64,000 nucleotides of DNA from Epithemia pelagica. Taxonomy: Eukaryota; Protista; Bacillariophyta. This document shows, in pieces, positions 23,120 through 34,876 of the stretch; the stretch's first letter is position 1, and every line of letters begins with the position of its first letter. The stretch lies in assembly GCA_946965045.2 (NCBI GenBank), contig OX337237.1, forward strand, positions 310,001 through 374,000, in the 5' to 3' direction. Position numbers and translations under genes: made by a program. Under the pieces are notes generated by a model. It ran no database searches, was not told the DNA's origin, and was given only the letters and a program-made list of their open reading frames with translations.

Positions 23120-26100
23120 TTACGCACAATACGAGTTGGCCACTTCCATCATGATTTCATGACAGAGCTCGACATTGGTAATTTGTTGCAAACCATTTGT
23201 TCTAGAGACACTGGCAAAGTTGTGAACAACAAAATCCATGCAAATTTCCTTGAGACGATTCTTGGGATCGTCATGATCATTTTCTTCTTCTTCGTCGTCG
23301 TCCTCCAAAAGACCTCCATGATGATCATCCGTGTCCTCCAAGTGATCCAAATCGCCTTCGGATGGTTGGTGTGGATCGGTTCCATTTGGAACATGTCGGT
23401 GGTCACGACGACGCGTACTGGGTGCCGAGGCCGACGAGGTGGTGGCTGCCGCGGCGGCCGCCATTTGCAACAAGAGTGCGGCATTGTCGACACTGATATT
23501 CCGTTCCACCGAGGCACAACAGAGAGATTGCAATTTTTTGAGGCCGTGCATTTCCGCCACTTCCCACAATTCAAAGGCCGCTTCCACGGGTACCGTCACA
23601 ACCGTGTTGGTGTAAATGTATTCGAGAAGGAGCAAGAAGATGGGTTTACGAATATCGGAGGAAATGGAAATGACACGTTCCGTCGATTCCCGCATACCCG
23701 ATCGAAACATGGCCCGGAACAAATGACTCCGTTGAATCAAAATGGCACGATGCGCATACACGCGTTCCACACGGCCACCATGACGACGACGACCAACACC
23801 GTCTTGGTCGTTGTCGCCCTCGTCCACAAATTCATTTCCGTCGTCATCATCATCATCGGCGAGTAATTCAAATTCCACATCGGCAAATTCTTCATTGTTC
23901 ACCATGGATCGTAAGGAGGAAGTAAAGGATACATCATCGGCGGCCAAACTGGAGGGTGACACCAAGGCCCAGGTATACAATCCATCGGCCCCAATGCCTT
24001 CGACATGATAGCCCTTGAGTTTTTCCACCTTGCGCGGAATCAAGTTTTCCAAATACGATCCATGGCCCAATTGACCATTGTATCCATATCCCCTATATAG
24101 ATAGATAAAAAGAGCAGAACAAAAGAGTGAGACGTTTCTGTCGGCGGCTCACATCTCCACACAAATCGCCAACCCAAAGAAGAACGACCTGTATGCCCAT
24201 CGCAATACACACACACAAAGACACGTACCAGGTAAAGACATCGCCTTTTTGGGTCAAGACGGCCGTATGATATTTTCCGCACGCGACTTGGGTAATAAAC
24301 TGGGCCCCCGACGACGACGACTCTTTGCGAGACAAGGCTTTGCCCGTTCTAGTATTGGTAGTAGTGGCATGGGAATAGAGATTGGCGAGACTCTTGCTGC
24401 GGTTGTTGTTGGCTCGACGACGGCCCCGAAAGACAAAGGACGACGACGACGACGAGCCTTGTTGCTGTTGTTGTTGCAGGGATGGTCGACCCGTACTCGT
24501 ACCAGTTGTGGCGGCGGATGGTTCCACGGAAGAACCCAGAAAAAAGGCCACCTTGGTCGGTGTGCATTGTTCTTCCTTGTCACCAGTACCCAATTGACCG
24601 CCTTTATTGTTGCCAAAGGTATAGACATGTCCTTGATCATTGAGGACTGCCATGTGATAGGTTCCACACGAGACTTGGACAATATTGGTGGGCTCCGCAT
24701 TGTTAGTGTTCGTGCCATGGTCGTTGGTGTCATCGTCCCCCGTGTCGTTCTCATCCACCAAGGATTGGACTAGGGTCGGTACCAAACAGGGTCGTTTGTT
24801 GCCATGTCCCAATTGACCATGATTGTCCTTGCCCCAGGTATAGAGCAGGGAACCGGACCGGGTATTCGTAGTACTATTCGTGTCTCCATTGCCACTGCCA
24901 CTCGTCGTATTAGTGGTGGGAGCCGTAATGGCGGCCGAATGCTTGGCACGGGCGGCAATTTGAATCACCACCTTGCCCTCCAAGGCTCCTTGCAACAATC
25001 GGGGTTGCAATTGCAATTCGTGATCCAACAAACTGTGATGGTTGCTGCCATGAGTACTGGCAAAATCCATGTCGTCACCACCAAGATTGTGGTTCACGTC
25101 TTGTTGTTGTTGTTGATCGTGTTGCTGTGGTTGCCCATGATGATGCAAATTGTTGTTGAGACTATTGTAATTGGCTCCATTGTCATGTCCAGCCAATTCG
25201 CGCTTGCCCCAGGAATAGACTTGCCCTTGATTGGTCAAGGCGAGGGTATGGGCATCGCCACAGGCCACTTGCACAATGGGGTGCGGCAGGGGTACCACGT
25301 GAGGTCGCGGCACATCATTGGCCGGATCCATGACGGCGCGACGATGTCGGACGGTACTGCCGCCCTGCGAGGTCAAACTCGGCAGTGTGGTACCCAATTT
25401 GCCATGGGCACAACTGCCCCAGGTATACAAATGACCAGACGCCGTGACGGCGGCATAATGATCCAACCCCGTGGCCAATTGCAAGACGGAAAACGATGAG
25501 GCGGACGACGAAGCTGTCAGAGGCAGCGCTGCGGTGGTGGTTGTGGTGGGGATGAATCCCATTCGGTGGGGCGGAACGATCGAGGGGGACGGTGCCACGG
25601 AAGAAGTGGTTGTCGTAGTAGTGTTTGTCATTGTCGAGGCATGCGCCACGGCCGCTGCGGCAGCGGCCGCTGTAGGTGTGGTACTCACACTGGCTTTGCG
25701 ACGGCCTTGATGCGGCACTTGACTCCAATGCGGTGCGGGTCCCCATTCGTATACCTGACAGTCCTTGGTCAAACAAAAGGCCACGGCGCGTTTGCGAGGA
25801 TCCGTCACGCCCGGATTGTGGTTATTACTGTTCTTGTGGTGATGGTCCTGTTGCAGCAACTGAGAATTTGTCGTGGAAGCTCCCATGGTGGCGGCAGTCG
25901 TTGTATCGTGAGCCGATGGTTGATCCGAAGCAGCAGTGTTGGACGTACTACTCGCAGTACTCGTACTGGCCAAACCGTCCAAGAGGGGTGTGGTAAAGGC
26001 CAATTGGACGACACCGACTCCGCCCAATCCTTCGGCATAGACGGGTTCATTTTCCCCTTCGCGACGTTGAGGACCACCCCAAATAAAGACTTCATAGCCA

Positions 26101-26144
26101 TGTTTGCTGCTGCTGCTAGTGGTGTTTGTGTTGTGGTGGTTCAT
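23120..26144 (-). CDS. RCC1-repeat + BTB/POZ domain protein (RCBTB-like); complement(join(23120..24092,24229..26144))
   Basis: Several RCC1 repeats (VACGDAHTLAL...VYSWG, VSCGTYHMAVL...GQLG). Intron 24093-24228 joins VFTW to GYGYNGQLGHG. C-terminal BTB domain (EEFADVEF...YAHRAIL...FRAMFRSGMRES...FLLLLEYIYT). Confidence 0.9.
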
Positions 26145-27262
26145 GGTAGAAGTCGTTGGAGGAGTGGCGAGACGGTGTATCGATCGTATTCCGTATGGGT
26201 AGCCGCGAAGCGATCCAACCAAGACAAGAATCAAAGACTTTTGTGTGTTCTCGTATAGGATAGGTCTTTCTCTGGCAGTTCTTGGACTAGAACTTTGCGT
26301 ATGTCGAATATATATATATATATAGCGCTGTGGTAGTTCTGCCCCGGTTTTCCTGGTGGGAAATGGAACCAAGAATCGTCCTTGGTCTTTAATAAGAAGT
26401 GGCCACCTTGTTTGGTTTCAACTCGTCTTTTTGTACCCTCGTTTTGGCAAACGATCTCCGAGGCTCACACTCAATCGTTGCTGGTCCTTTTTCTCACTTT
26501 GGAAGAATTTACAGCTGTCACACTGCCCCCCCAAATGTTGCTCGCTCGATCCGGAATGTCTCTCTTTCTTCCTCGACAGGTTGTTGTTCCTTGAGTCTCT
26601 TTCTAGAGTATACCTCTATGGATGTAGCTGGCCGTGACACTGGAGCAACTGGCTTGGGTTGTCTTGCGGATTCCTCTCGTTATTCAAATGACGATTGATG
26701 GAGAGAACAAAACGAGAGGCATCCATCATACACGAATACAGCGACAGGAAAAATGCTTCCTTGCAGCGCCCCCCAAACGACACCCCAAGAAAGTGGGGGG
26801 AAATCTTTGGGTCGGCCACGCGTGCGGACGGACAACCGACCGAAACTGTTTGTCGGTGAACTATTGAAAACTTGATCACTAGGAGTAACATTTTCGGAGT
26901 ATGTAGGTAGAGTTCGCAGGATTTTTCAGTGGGGAGGGGTGCAGTTTCCTCAGGCAGCGATCTGATTGGTGCCTTTTCCCCCCTGTCACTATCCTCCAAC
27001 TGTCAACCAACTGTCGGATCAACACTAATAATTAGTCTAAAAAAATCCAATGGCGATCCAATTAGCTATAAAAAACATCTAAGTAACACTATTCAATATT
27101 TCAAAGTCGGTGGTCCCGGTCGGAAGGAATTCGGAACTTGCCGATTCCCCACCGAGTTCACCAGAAAATGCCAACACGAAAAATTCCCTCCTCAGCTCTC
27201 TAAAAAACGCACAACACACAACTACTCTCATAATTCTAAAAACAAAAACAAAACCCAGAGGG

Positions 27263-29715
27263 ATGGACAAAGAGGATTGTAATATGGGCTTTACTGGCCA
27301 AAAGGGCGTCTCTCCGGAGACGACCCAACGGACGAAGGGCGGCATCAAGTCGACTCTGGATCCTTTCTTCTTCCGCTGCTACGTTGACGCTAACGCAGCA
27401 GCGAGAGCACAGGACCGAATGAACCCAACGGACGAAGCAGAAGACGGTGAAATGGGCACCCAAAGCCAGATGCGCCAAAAAGCCACCACTGCTATCAAAC
27501 GAAAGCAAGAGTACCAATACCGGTGCTACCAGAATAAGGGGCAGAAGAAGATGACTGGCAAAGTCTCTGACAATGCGCTCGACTGTGATGCAAAGGCCTT
27601 CGACCCTTCGAAGGACTGCATTATGTGCTACACCAAACTCAATGGGCTAAAACAGCCGCATCGAGGACACCATGTTCTTTGCCCCCACAATCGAAAGACG
27701 AAGGGGCATAAGAACAAAACCACCGTGAAATCCGAAGAGAACGACAAGAAACTTGCCGCTACGAACAAAAAGCCCTTCACGGGGACTTTTTTTAACATAT
27801 CGACCGCAGAACCGAGCGTACGTGAGTACGCCCAGCAAATGGTGGCTCCTCAGAGAACCAACCATACAAATCTTCACGACGCAGTGCGAGATGCAATGGC
27901 CGACCCAGACTTTGTCTCTTCCTCAACCGAGAAGAAGAATGGGGTTCCCCTACCAATAATGGCAGTCACCCGCCATTTATTGAACCACAAGGAACAGAAT
28001 TGGTTCACACCACAGACACTGGAAATCCAGATTCCGGTCGTCCGTTATGGACAGCCAATTGACCCTCATTCTCATTCGATTGAGGGTCAGAGGATTTACA
28101 ATGTTTGCTGGGAAGACCAATTCCCTGGCATTGTCATCCCCTGTCCAGATTGCGATAATGGGACATTGCGCTGAGACCGCAGCAACTTCTCAAAGAATAA
28201 GAAGTTGTTTCCCATTTTTAACGTCAATGGTCCCCCCGACTGGGCCATTGTTATGTCGTACAAATGTTCCAAATGCCCAATGCGGTATGATGGGAACTCT
28301 GCCAAAGTTCTCATGACCCTTCCGATTCATGTTCGGTCGGCTTATCCGGTCGAACCGAAGTTCGCCGACAATGGCATGATGTTCCATCTTGACCGGGCAT
28401 GTAGTCATGTACTCGAAGAGAACATGCTGACATATGGTAACGCTGACAAATTGTCGCGCTCCATTTATGCTGGCATCACCAACACTCATCTCCGGCTATT
28501 CACAGAATATCTGTCGGAATGGAAGAGTCTCATTGGTGTTAGTGACGCCCCTTTGGGCGTCCCTTTGTATCCGGAGTTAGCGGGCGAATATCTCCCCACC
28601 TTCCCACCATCAGGAGATTTGCTCCATGATTTATTTGACCGTGCTTCGACTTCCACGGCCAACAACTATGGCGTTTCAGACAAAGATCGTTGTATCAGGG
28701 AGATACAATCCGTCACGACCTCCAGTATGTTCGCTCAGGATCATACTATGGAGGTCGCCAAGAATTATAAAAAATCCCTTGGAATCAAGGCCGTTTGGGA
28801 TTCGGCGACAGAGACTGGAGAGATTGCCTCAGCCGTTTGTGTCGAGGACACAAAGACAAAGTCTTTTGCTCATGCCGCTGAATGTTTAGCCCGTCGAAAG
28901 GGTTTCAACCCCATTTCCATGTATAGCGATACATGGCCAAAGAAGTGTGAGTTCTGGAAACTCCTCTTTGGAGATACCTTGGAGGGTCGTCTTGGACTCT
29001 ACCATTTCCAACAGCGCATCATCAAAACAGTGCGCCAGGGACATCGCCATTACCACAAGGCTCTTAATGAGCTCTTGGAATGCGTGTATGGTTTCGAGCC
29101 GGACTCGTACAATGCCATGCTCAAGGCATTAAAGGCGGGTCAAATGGGACGGTCTGGTCCTCTTTCCCCTGCTGAGATATTGGAGATGCAGTCGGGACCG
29201 GAGTTCCGCCGCAAGTACTCCAAGTTCCTTATGAAGCAGATCAATCCTCCGGATGTGATCGCTCATAACTTGCAGAGGTGGATGGACCAGTACAAGGGCG
29301 ATATTGATCCAAGTACTGGTAAGAAGCTGTTCACTGTCGACACGAAGACCGCCGTGACCGAACAGATGAAGAACGCAGTCCACATCCAGGATGCCCTGCC
29401 TTTACACGAAACTTATCGTGTAATCAAACCAACACCTTCCACAAAACACGAGTGCAACGAATATATCTCGTTACGATGTGAGTCCAAGGTCGAGCAGTAC
29501 CACGACCAGTTGGCCCACTTTGCTAATTGCGGAATGAGGGCGGATCTGTGTGATACATTGAATCTGGTGGGCACTGCCCGTTACAACACCAAGATTCGTC
29601 ACAAGATCCGTATGGCGGAGGAGTCGAGTGTTTCTCGCCCCAACGTTCCTTCAGGATGGAAGAACCATCCCGAGTTTTTCAATCATAGTGACTTGACTTT
29701 CGCCAATGAGGTAGT
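27263..29715 (+). mobile_element. DDE DNA-transposase gene (MULE/Mutator-related by inference) with one in-frame TGA at 28172-28174
   Basis: ORFs 27110..28174 and 28205..29866 share a frame. Zn-finger-like CIMC...HHVLC and CPDC...CSKC; candidate catalytic motifs QDHT, YSDTW, LGLYHF and CESKVEQYH. No terminal inverted repeats found. Confidence 0.65.
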
Positions 29716-30085
29716 TGGACAAAGCGAGAGTCTTGTCCTCGAATATAGGACAGTCATCTTTGACTTCATTGTTGTCTTCCTCTTCATCCAACTCATCCTT
29801 TTTCAAGGCGGCCATTTTGGAGGAGTCCCCCTTCTTTTTGGGAGGTTTGTTGATTGGTACGACTGAGTTTTCATCATTGAATTTGTTCTCCTCTTCCTCC
29901 TCCGAATCCGCAGGCGCTTTCGTCCTGGATTTCTTTTTCGGGATAGGAGTCGAGATCGAAAAGTTTTCATCGTCCTCTTGTTCCTGTTTTTTGGGACAAG
30001 ATTCAGATTTCACAGCAGCGGTTGCTGCCGTGGATGTTGTTGAGGCCGCCTTTGGAGGCGCCTTGGGTCGACGGTCCCGGGCCAT
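29651..30085 (-). pseudogene. 5-prime fragment of a Lys/Glu-rich protein gene, convergent with and fused to the transposase 3-prime end
   Basis: ATG at 30085 opens MARDRRPKAPPKAAST...KKKSRTK...DEEEDNNEVKDDCPIFEDKTLALS. Protein-like composition stops near 29715, where the transposase frame also stops looking protein-like. Confidence 0.5.
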
Positions 30086-30109
30086 GGTTAATGGGCGGAC
30101 TTTGGTTTT

Positions 30110-30262
30110 GGGTCCGTAAAAACGGCCTTACTGAAAGAATGAATTCGGGTCCGTTTTGGGAACGGCCTTACTGTTCGATTTGGTTTCGGGTTTTCGGGTC
30201 CGTTTTGGGAACGGCCTTACTGTTCGATTTGGTTTCGGGTCCGTTTTGGGAATGGCCTTACT
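30110..30262. repeat. Four-copy array of GGGTCCGT(TTTGGG/AAA)AACGGCCTTAC
   Basis: Cores start near 30110, 30147, 30196 and 30237. The first three contain an inverted CCGT(T)...(A)ACGG; the fourth has AATGG. Confidence 0.85.
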
Positions 30263-32150
30263 TCACTCCACTTTTCCTGTAAACATGGAAGAAAGCAAAG
30301 GTTAGTTATTGTTGTCATCACATCCATCGGCGAGGGAAACACTTACTTTCTGTGCCGCTGTGGCTTTCGGCTTGTTGTTGTTGTTGGTGACAACGGTATG
30401 ACAACGCAATGGCAACGCTATGGTGGTGGGAACGCTATGGTGGTGGGAACGGATGGAGTGATGATGGTGTTGTGTCTTCGGTGCAATCACTGGTTTTTGT
30501 TACCAAATTATGAGGAATGAAATGTGGATGGTGAGATGTCCACGGTCTTTCGTACTACTGTTTGTGTTATACTGAGAATCAAGCGATTTTCCGGTACAAA
30601 TTTCACGTAGCCAGATACATACGTGATTCCTGTGTAGAAAGCTTGGTACTGAGGATTTGTCTGTTTCTGTCGCTCGTTTTTTTATGGCGAGATTTGATTG
30701 GGTAGGTAGAAAGTTCGAATTATGCCCAGTCCCCCAGCCGCGGGGGATTTGTCATTCCTCATTTAACTCCCTCCACGAAAAATGATCACTATAACAATTA
30801 GTGTACTCAAGATATACCAAGACTAAAAATTGGCGACGGTTATATCGGTTTCCCGTTAGGAAGTGGAATCCCTCATCCTATGGCAAGTCCTTCCTTTCCC
30901 CTTCCCTTTCCCCCTTCGCCTGCCTGGGCCCCCCCCAAAGTCGTGGGTAGCTTTCAGGGAGATTCAGCACCACATTCAGTCCCTTTCTACACCCCCATCG
31001 CGCCTGCCAGAAACATTATTAAAGCCCCAATGGAGCTTTTCGTGTCACGCCCATCAACGGACGAGCATTTCCAGCTTTTGCAACACCAAGCGAAAATTAT
31101 TTGGTGGTCTGGAGACATGCGCCAGCCAGTACTGTTCCTATTGCCCCCATCCCCCAAATAGAGCCCGAGCACCAAAATTTGAGACATGCGAGAAATTTGT
31201 TCCTCCGTCGAGCAAATCCACAGCCACACACATCAAAGACTCTTTCCGTCTCTGGTGAATTTACCTCTAGAGCAGGGATCTTTTTTCCGACTCAGAGGGG
31301 ATTCCGCTACTCATCCCCGCTGGGAGGGAACCTAGCTAGCGGTGGTTGGAGTATTTTGTGCGACCAATCGTCGGTCCCACCTATTGTCCTACGGACCGCA
31401 TGTAGCGACGGCCAGACAGATCGGTCGCGCAATGAGCCTCGGTGCGCGATGTTTGCTTCTCATGTTTCGCGTCGTCCGACCATGTGGAATCCGCGGCCCA
31501 ACGGTGGGCGCTCCCAACGCAAGCACTCGTTTTTTTCTTCTCCTACGGAAACCAGTGATTGAAACCAACGCACCGTAAAGATTCTGGTTCAAGGTAGTAT
31601 TGCATTCCTCCTTTTGCTCCTTTGCTGGACGGACGAGACGGTGATGGCTGCGGCATCGCAAGTTGCTCCTCCGGCGGCCGCTCCCGTTGCCCTCTAGGCG
31701 TCCACAATGATGTGAATGACGCACCAGTCGCGGAATGCCAAACTGTCGTGGTAACTGCGGACGAAACCTGTCAAGGTCAAGCCATTGCCGACGACTTGGC
31801 CGTGTGAAATCTGGGGACCGAATGTGGCGATCCATTGACGTTTACGGTGGATCCTCCACAGGCCTGTCGTACCCGGTTGGAATGTTCCGTGACGGAAAAG
31901 GACGAAAGGGTGGGAGTCGTCGCATCCGTCGTCGTCATCAACGTCGTGCGGCCGCAAGTGGCCAATGCCATTTGTTTGGAACCAAGGGAGTTGAGAGTGC
32001 CACTCAACAGGATGTGCAAACCATTCTGGGTCACGTGCAACATGGCACCAGTTGTTCGGTCTCGACACTCCGTTTTCTCTACCTTTCCTCGTTGTCCGGT
32101 TTGGACCTGGACGGCATGGCACAGAGCGACCTGGAGTGTTTGGTCGAAGA

Positions 32151-32224
32151 TGCACTTGATCCATTTCGCTCGCATCGATCGATTTTGACGGATCGATCGA
32201 TGCGAGCGAAATGGATCAAGTGCA
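32151..32224. other. Perfect inverted repeat/hairpin: 33-bp arms, 8-nt loop
   Basis: 32151-32183 TGCACTTGATCCATTTCGCTCGCATCGATCGAT is the exact reverse complement of 32192-32224; the loop is TTTGACGG. Confidence 0.95.
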
Positions 32225-32369
32225 GCTGCATCGCGAAATGGGAGATTTTCTGTTGGACAATGTCCTGGCGTGTGCATTGTCCAACTTCCAGACGTCCGAC
32301 ACTGTTGTGGAGTTTCTGAATCAGTTCTATGCGGGTACCGAGGTGGTGAGTGCGAACCCAAATCCACGC

Positions 32370-32710
32370 ACTCATACCTCCACCTCGAGTCAAGTGGAAT
32401 TTTTGGCGCACGACGCCGATATGCTTGTTCATTTCGTCGTACATACCATTTTCCGTCCCGGTGGTCCCAGTACGTACTGGCCACTCTTTTACAAACGACA
32501 ATCCAATGCTCCCGATATTGCCAACATGGCGGAACGAGCCAGTGTTGACCGGGTCTTGCTCACTCATTTGATTCCCAGCTTGGGAGCCGAACATTCCTGG
32601 CAATCCCTTGACACCCCAAGATTATTGTCAACCCATCCTGGATGGTGGATATCAAGGCTTGGTGAATGCTGGCAAGGATTTGCTGACGTGCGACAGTGTG
32701 ACAAGGCGTA
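32370..32710 (+). pseudogene. C-terminal relic of an MBL-fold (RNase Z/AtsA-like) metallo-hydrolase
   Basis: VEFLAHDADMLVH...RQSNAPDIANMAERASVDRVLLTHLIPSLG, then after a frameshift near 32590 IPGNPLTPQDY...GGYQGLVNAGKDL. No intact N-terminal HxHxDH found. Confidence 0.5.
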
Positions 32711-34015
32711 ATAACAACCACAGTCGAGGCAGCCCACAATAAGGATTACAAAACTTGGGCAAGCTTGCCAAAACACCAAACCATTCAAAACGAACTGGTC
32801 ATGTTCTTGCTTTTCTGGACGATGGAGGAGGATGGGTCATATTCTTCTCTGGGGGAAACTACGAGTCACGTTCTTCTTCTTCGCTGTCTTGGACGAGAAT
32901 GGATGTTGTCACGAATCGATAGTATCAATATGCATTAATCTGCATTAATCAATTATTTTTAGTTTATCATCTTGAACTAACACAACAACCCGGAACGTAT
33001 GTTGTCAGTTCCAATGTGGATTCCACCCAGGTAAGAAGATGGTCGACCGAAAGTTCGCTCGTCGCTGTCTTCTGTTTGTCCGTAATCGATCGTGTTCCGT
33101 TCCTCTAAAACATGATGGAACTGACAACATAGAATGAAATAAGGAGATGATGATACAACGGTTGGCAAAAGATGTCCCGGAGTGTTGAAAAACACAAAAC
33201 ACCGTTTTCCCGCCCTAAATCGGTTCTTGTGAGAACACGTCCGCATAGCTTGGGTAGTTTTGTTTGTGCCGTTGATCGCTTTGCGATCCATCCCAGAAAC
33301 TTGTAGACTATTATTATTTATTGGTCAACCATCTTCTTGACTTCCTTCGCCCGATAATTCCAGTAATTCCGAATCATATTGGTCGTTTGCAATGAGATCA
33401 GTGCTTGCCAAAAACATTATGGAGTCGTACGACCTTGAATGGAACGGAATGGAGACAATTGCTCGCACCAACCAGCAACTACTTGTTGATTCACTACCAA
33501 CCACGTTGCATGGATGATGTTGGTGCGTTGGGGAAGATGTGTACAGGATCCGCGAGCGGGAGCGGTACCCCCAGTGACCTAGCAAGCGCTAGGTTGTGTT
33601 GGGGATTCGCTCTCTCTGACGGCATGAACAATGACGAGTGGACTTACTCCCCAAGAGACTTCTCGGGCCTTGATTCTGATTCATGAGTTCTTCATCGAAC
33701 CGAAAGACACTGGTTGGGACTTTCACTGCCAGCTGCCACATGCGGTATTGAAGGCGGGCACCAAAGAGCCACACTAACGGCACCCGTACGTGTACGTGTA
33801 CTCGTACTCGTACAATGGAGAGAGGCGCAACGGTCTAAGAAGACTTTGAAGCACGAGTTCGAAAGATAATCGTGGGCAGACACACACACACACACACACA
33901 CACAAGTCCCGACCACAGACACATACACACTTGTCTAGAGCTCTCACAAAATTCAAGTCCCCCCCCCCCCCCCCCCAAACCACACCACCCTTGTCCTCAG
34001 CACCACCACCACATC

Positions 34016-34876
34016 ATGTTGCATCAACCCCTCACCATGACTCCTGACGATTCGGATCACTCGACCGGTTCGACCATGACCACCGCCGTGGCATGTCCAT
34101 GCAACGATAGCCAAAAGTCACTGCTGCTGGTGGCAACCAAAACAAGCAGCAAGAAGGAAACCAAGAACAAGAGGAGCAAATCCAAGAAATCACGCCAGGA
34201 TAAGGACAAGAAGAAACAAGACAAGGACAAACAGCACAAGAAGAAATCCGTCCCAACGAAGAAGCGTGTCCGCTTTAACGAACGACACAACCAATGCTAC
34301 GAGAATCCCACTCGACATGCCGAAGACTGTCACGAAACGTGGTACAATGAAGACGACTATGACGATATGCGAGCCCATACCCGATACGTGTTGACCAATC
34401 TCCAACAAGAACAACAAGACAACAAGGACGAGGACGGCGCCACTCGAGCTGGAATTCTGGTATCACTCGTGCACTTGGTGACTTCCATTCATCATGTGGT
34501 GCACGATGCCACACGCATTCTTCCACCAGTTTTGGCCAAGCAATTGCAAACCTTGTATGGCAATCACGACGATGATTCTGCTTTGGAGTTGATTGGACTG
34601 GAGCTTCATATGGACAAACGCATCAAGGAGGAAGCACGGGCTCGACGAGAATCCATTCAAGATGTTGTGTACGATATTCAAAATGAACACGATCATGGTC
34701 TCTTGGCGGACGATGAAACATGTACGGAATTGCGGGAATGTTGTCTCAATTATTCCCAAGCCTTTTGCCTATTGGCCCAACTGCAAGCCTTGGCACAACT
34801 AGGGGTGTCGACAGAACCATGGAAAACAGTTCCGCATTGCGCAAACACTGGGAATCCTTGTACAAAACCAATATGA
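34016..34876 (+). CDS. RVxF-motif family protein, tandem copy A
   Basis: ATG at 34016. DHSTGSTMTT, KKRVRFNERHNQ, HAEDCHETWY...YDDMR, LELIGLEL, ELRECCLNYSQA...AQLQALAQL. Confidence 0.85.
   Translation: MLHQPLTMTPDDSDHSTGSTMTTAVACPCNDSQKSLLLVATKTSSKKETKNKRSKSKKSRQDKDKKKQDKDKQHKKKSVPTKKRVRFNERHNQCYENPTRHAEDCHETWYNEDDYDDMRAHTRYVLTNLQQEQQDNKDEDGATRAGILVSLVHLVTSIHHVVHDATRILPPVLAKQLQTLYGNHDDDSALELIGLELHMDKRIKEEARARRESIQDVVYDIQNEHDHGLLADDETCTELRECCLNYSQAFCLLAQLQALAQLGVSTEPWKTVPHCANTGNPCTKPI

Noticed and set aside
24249-26258. Plus-strand ORFs overlapping the RCC1-BTB gene
   Set aside because: Antisense shadows with no domain signatures.
30110-30262. CRISPR-like array
   Set aside because: Only four units, the spacers are short, unequal and partly identical to each other, there are no cas genes, and the context is eukaryotic.
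26600-30900. Terminal inverted repeats delimiting the transposase element
   Set aside because: Compared both flanks by eye and found only short direct similarities (GATCACTA, AATTAGT), no convincing inverted pair or TSD.
32977-33700. Short ORFs that might be another gene relic
   Set aside because: No motif recognised and frames are inconsistent.
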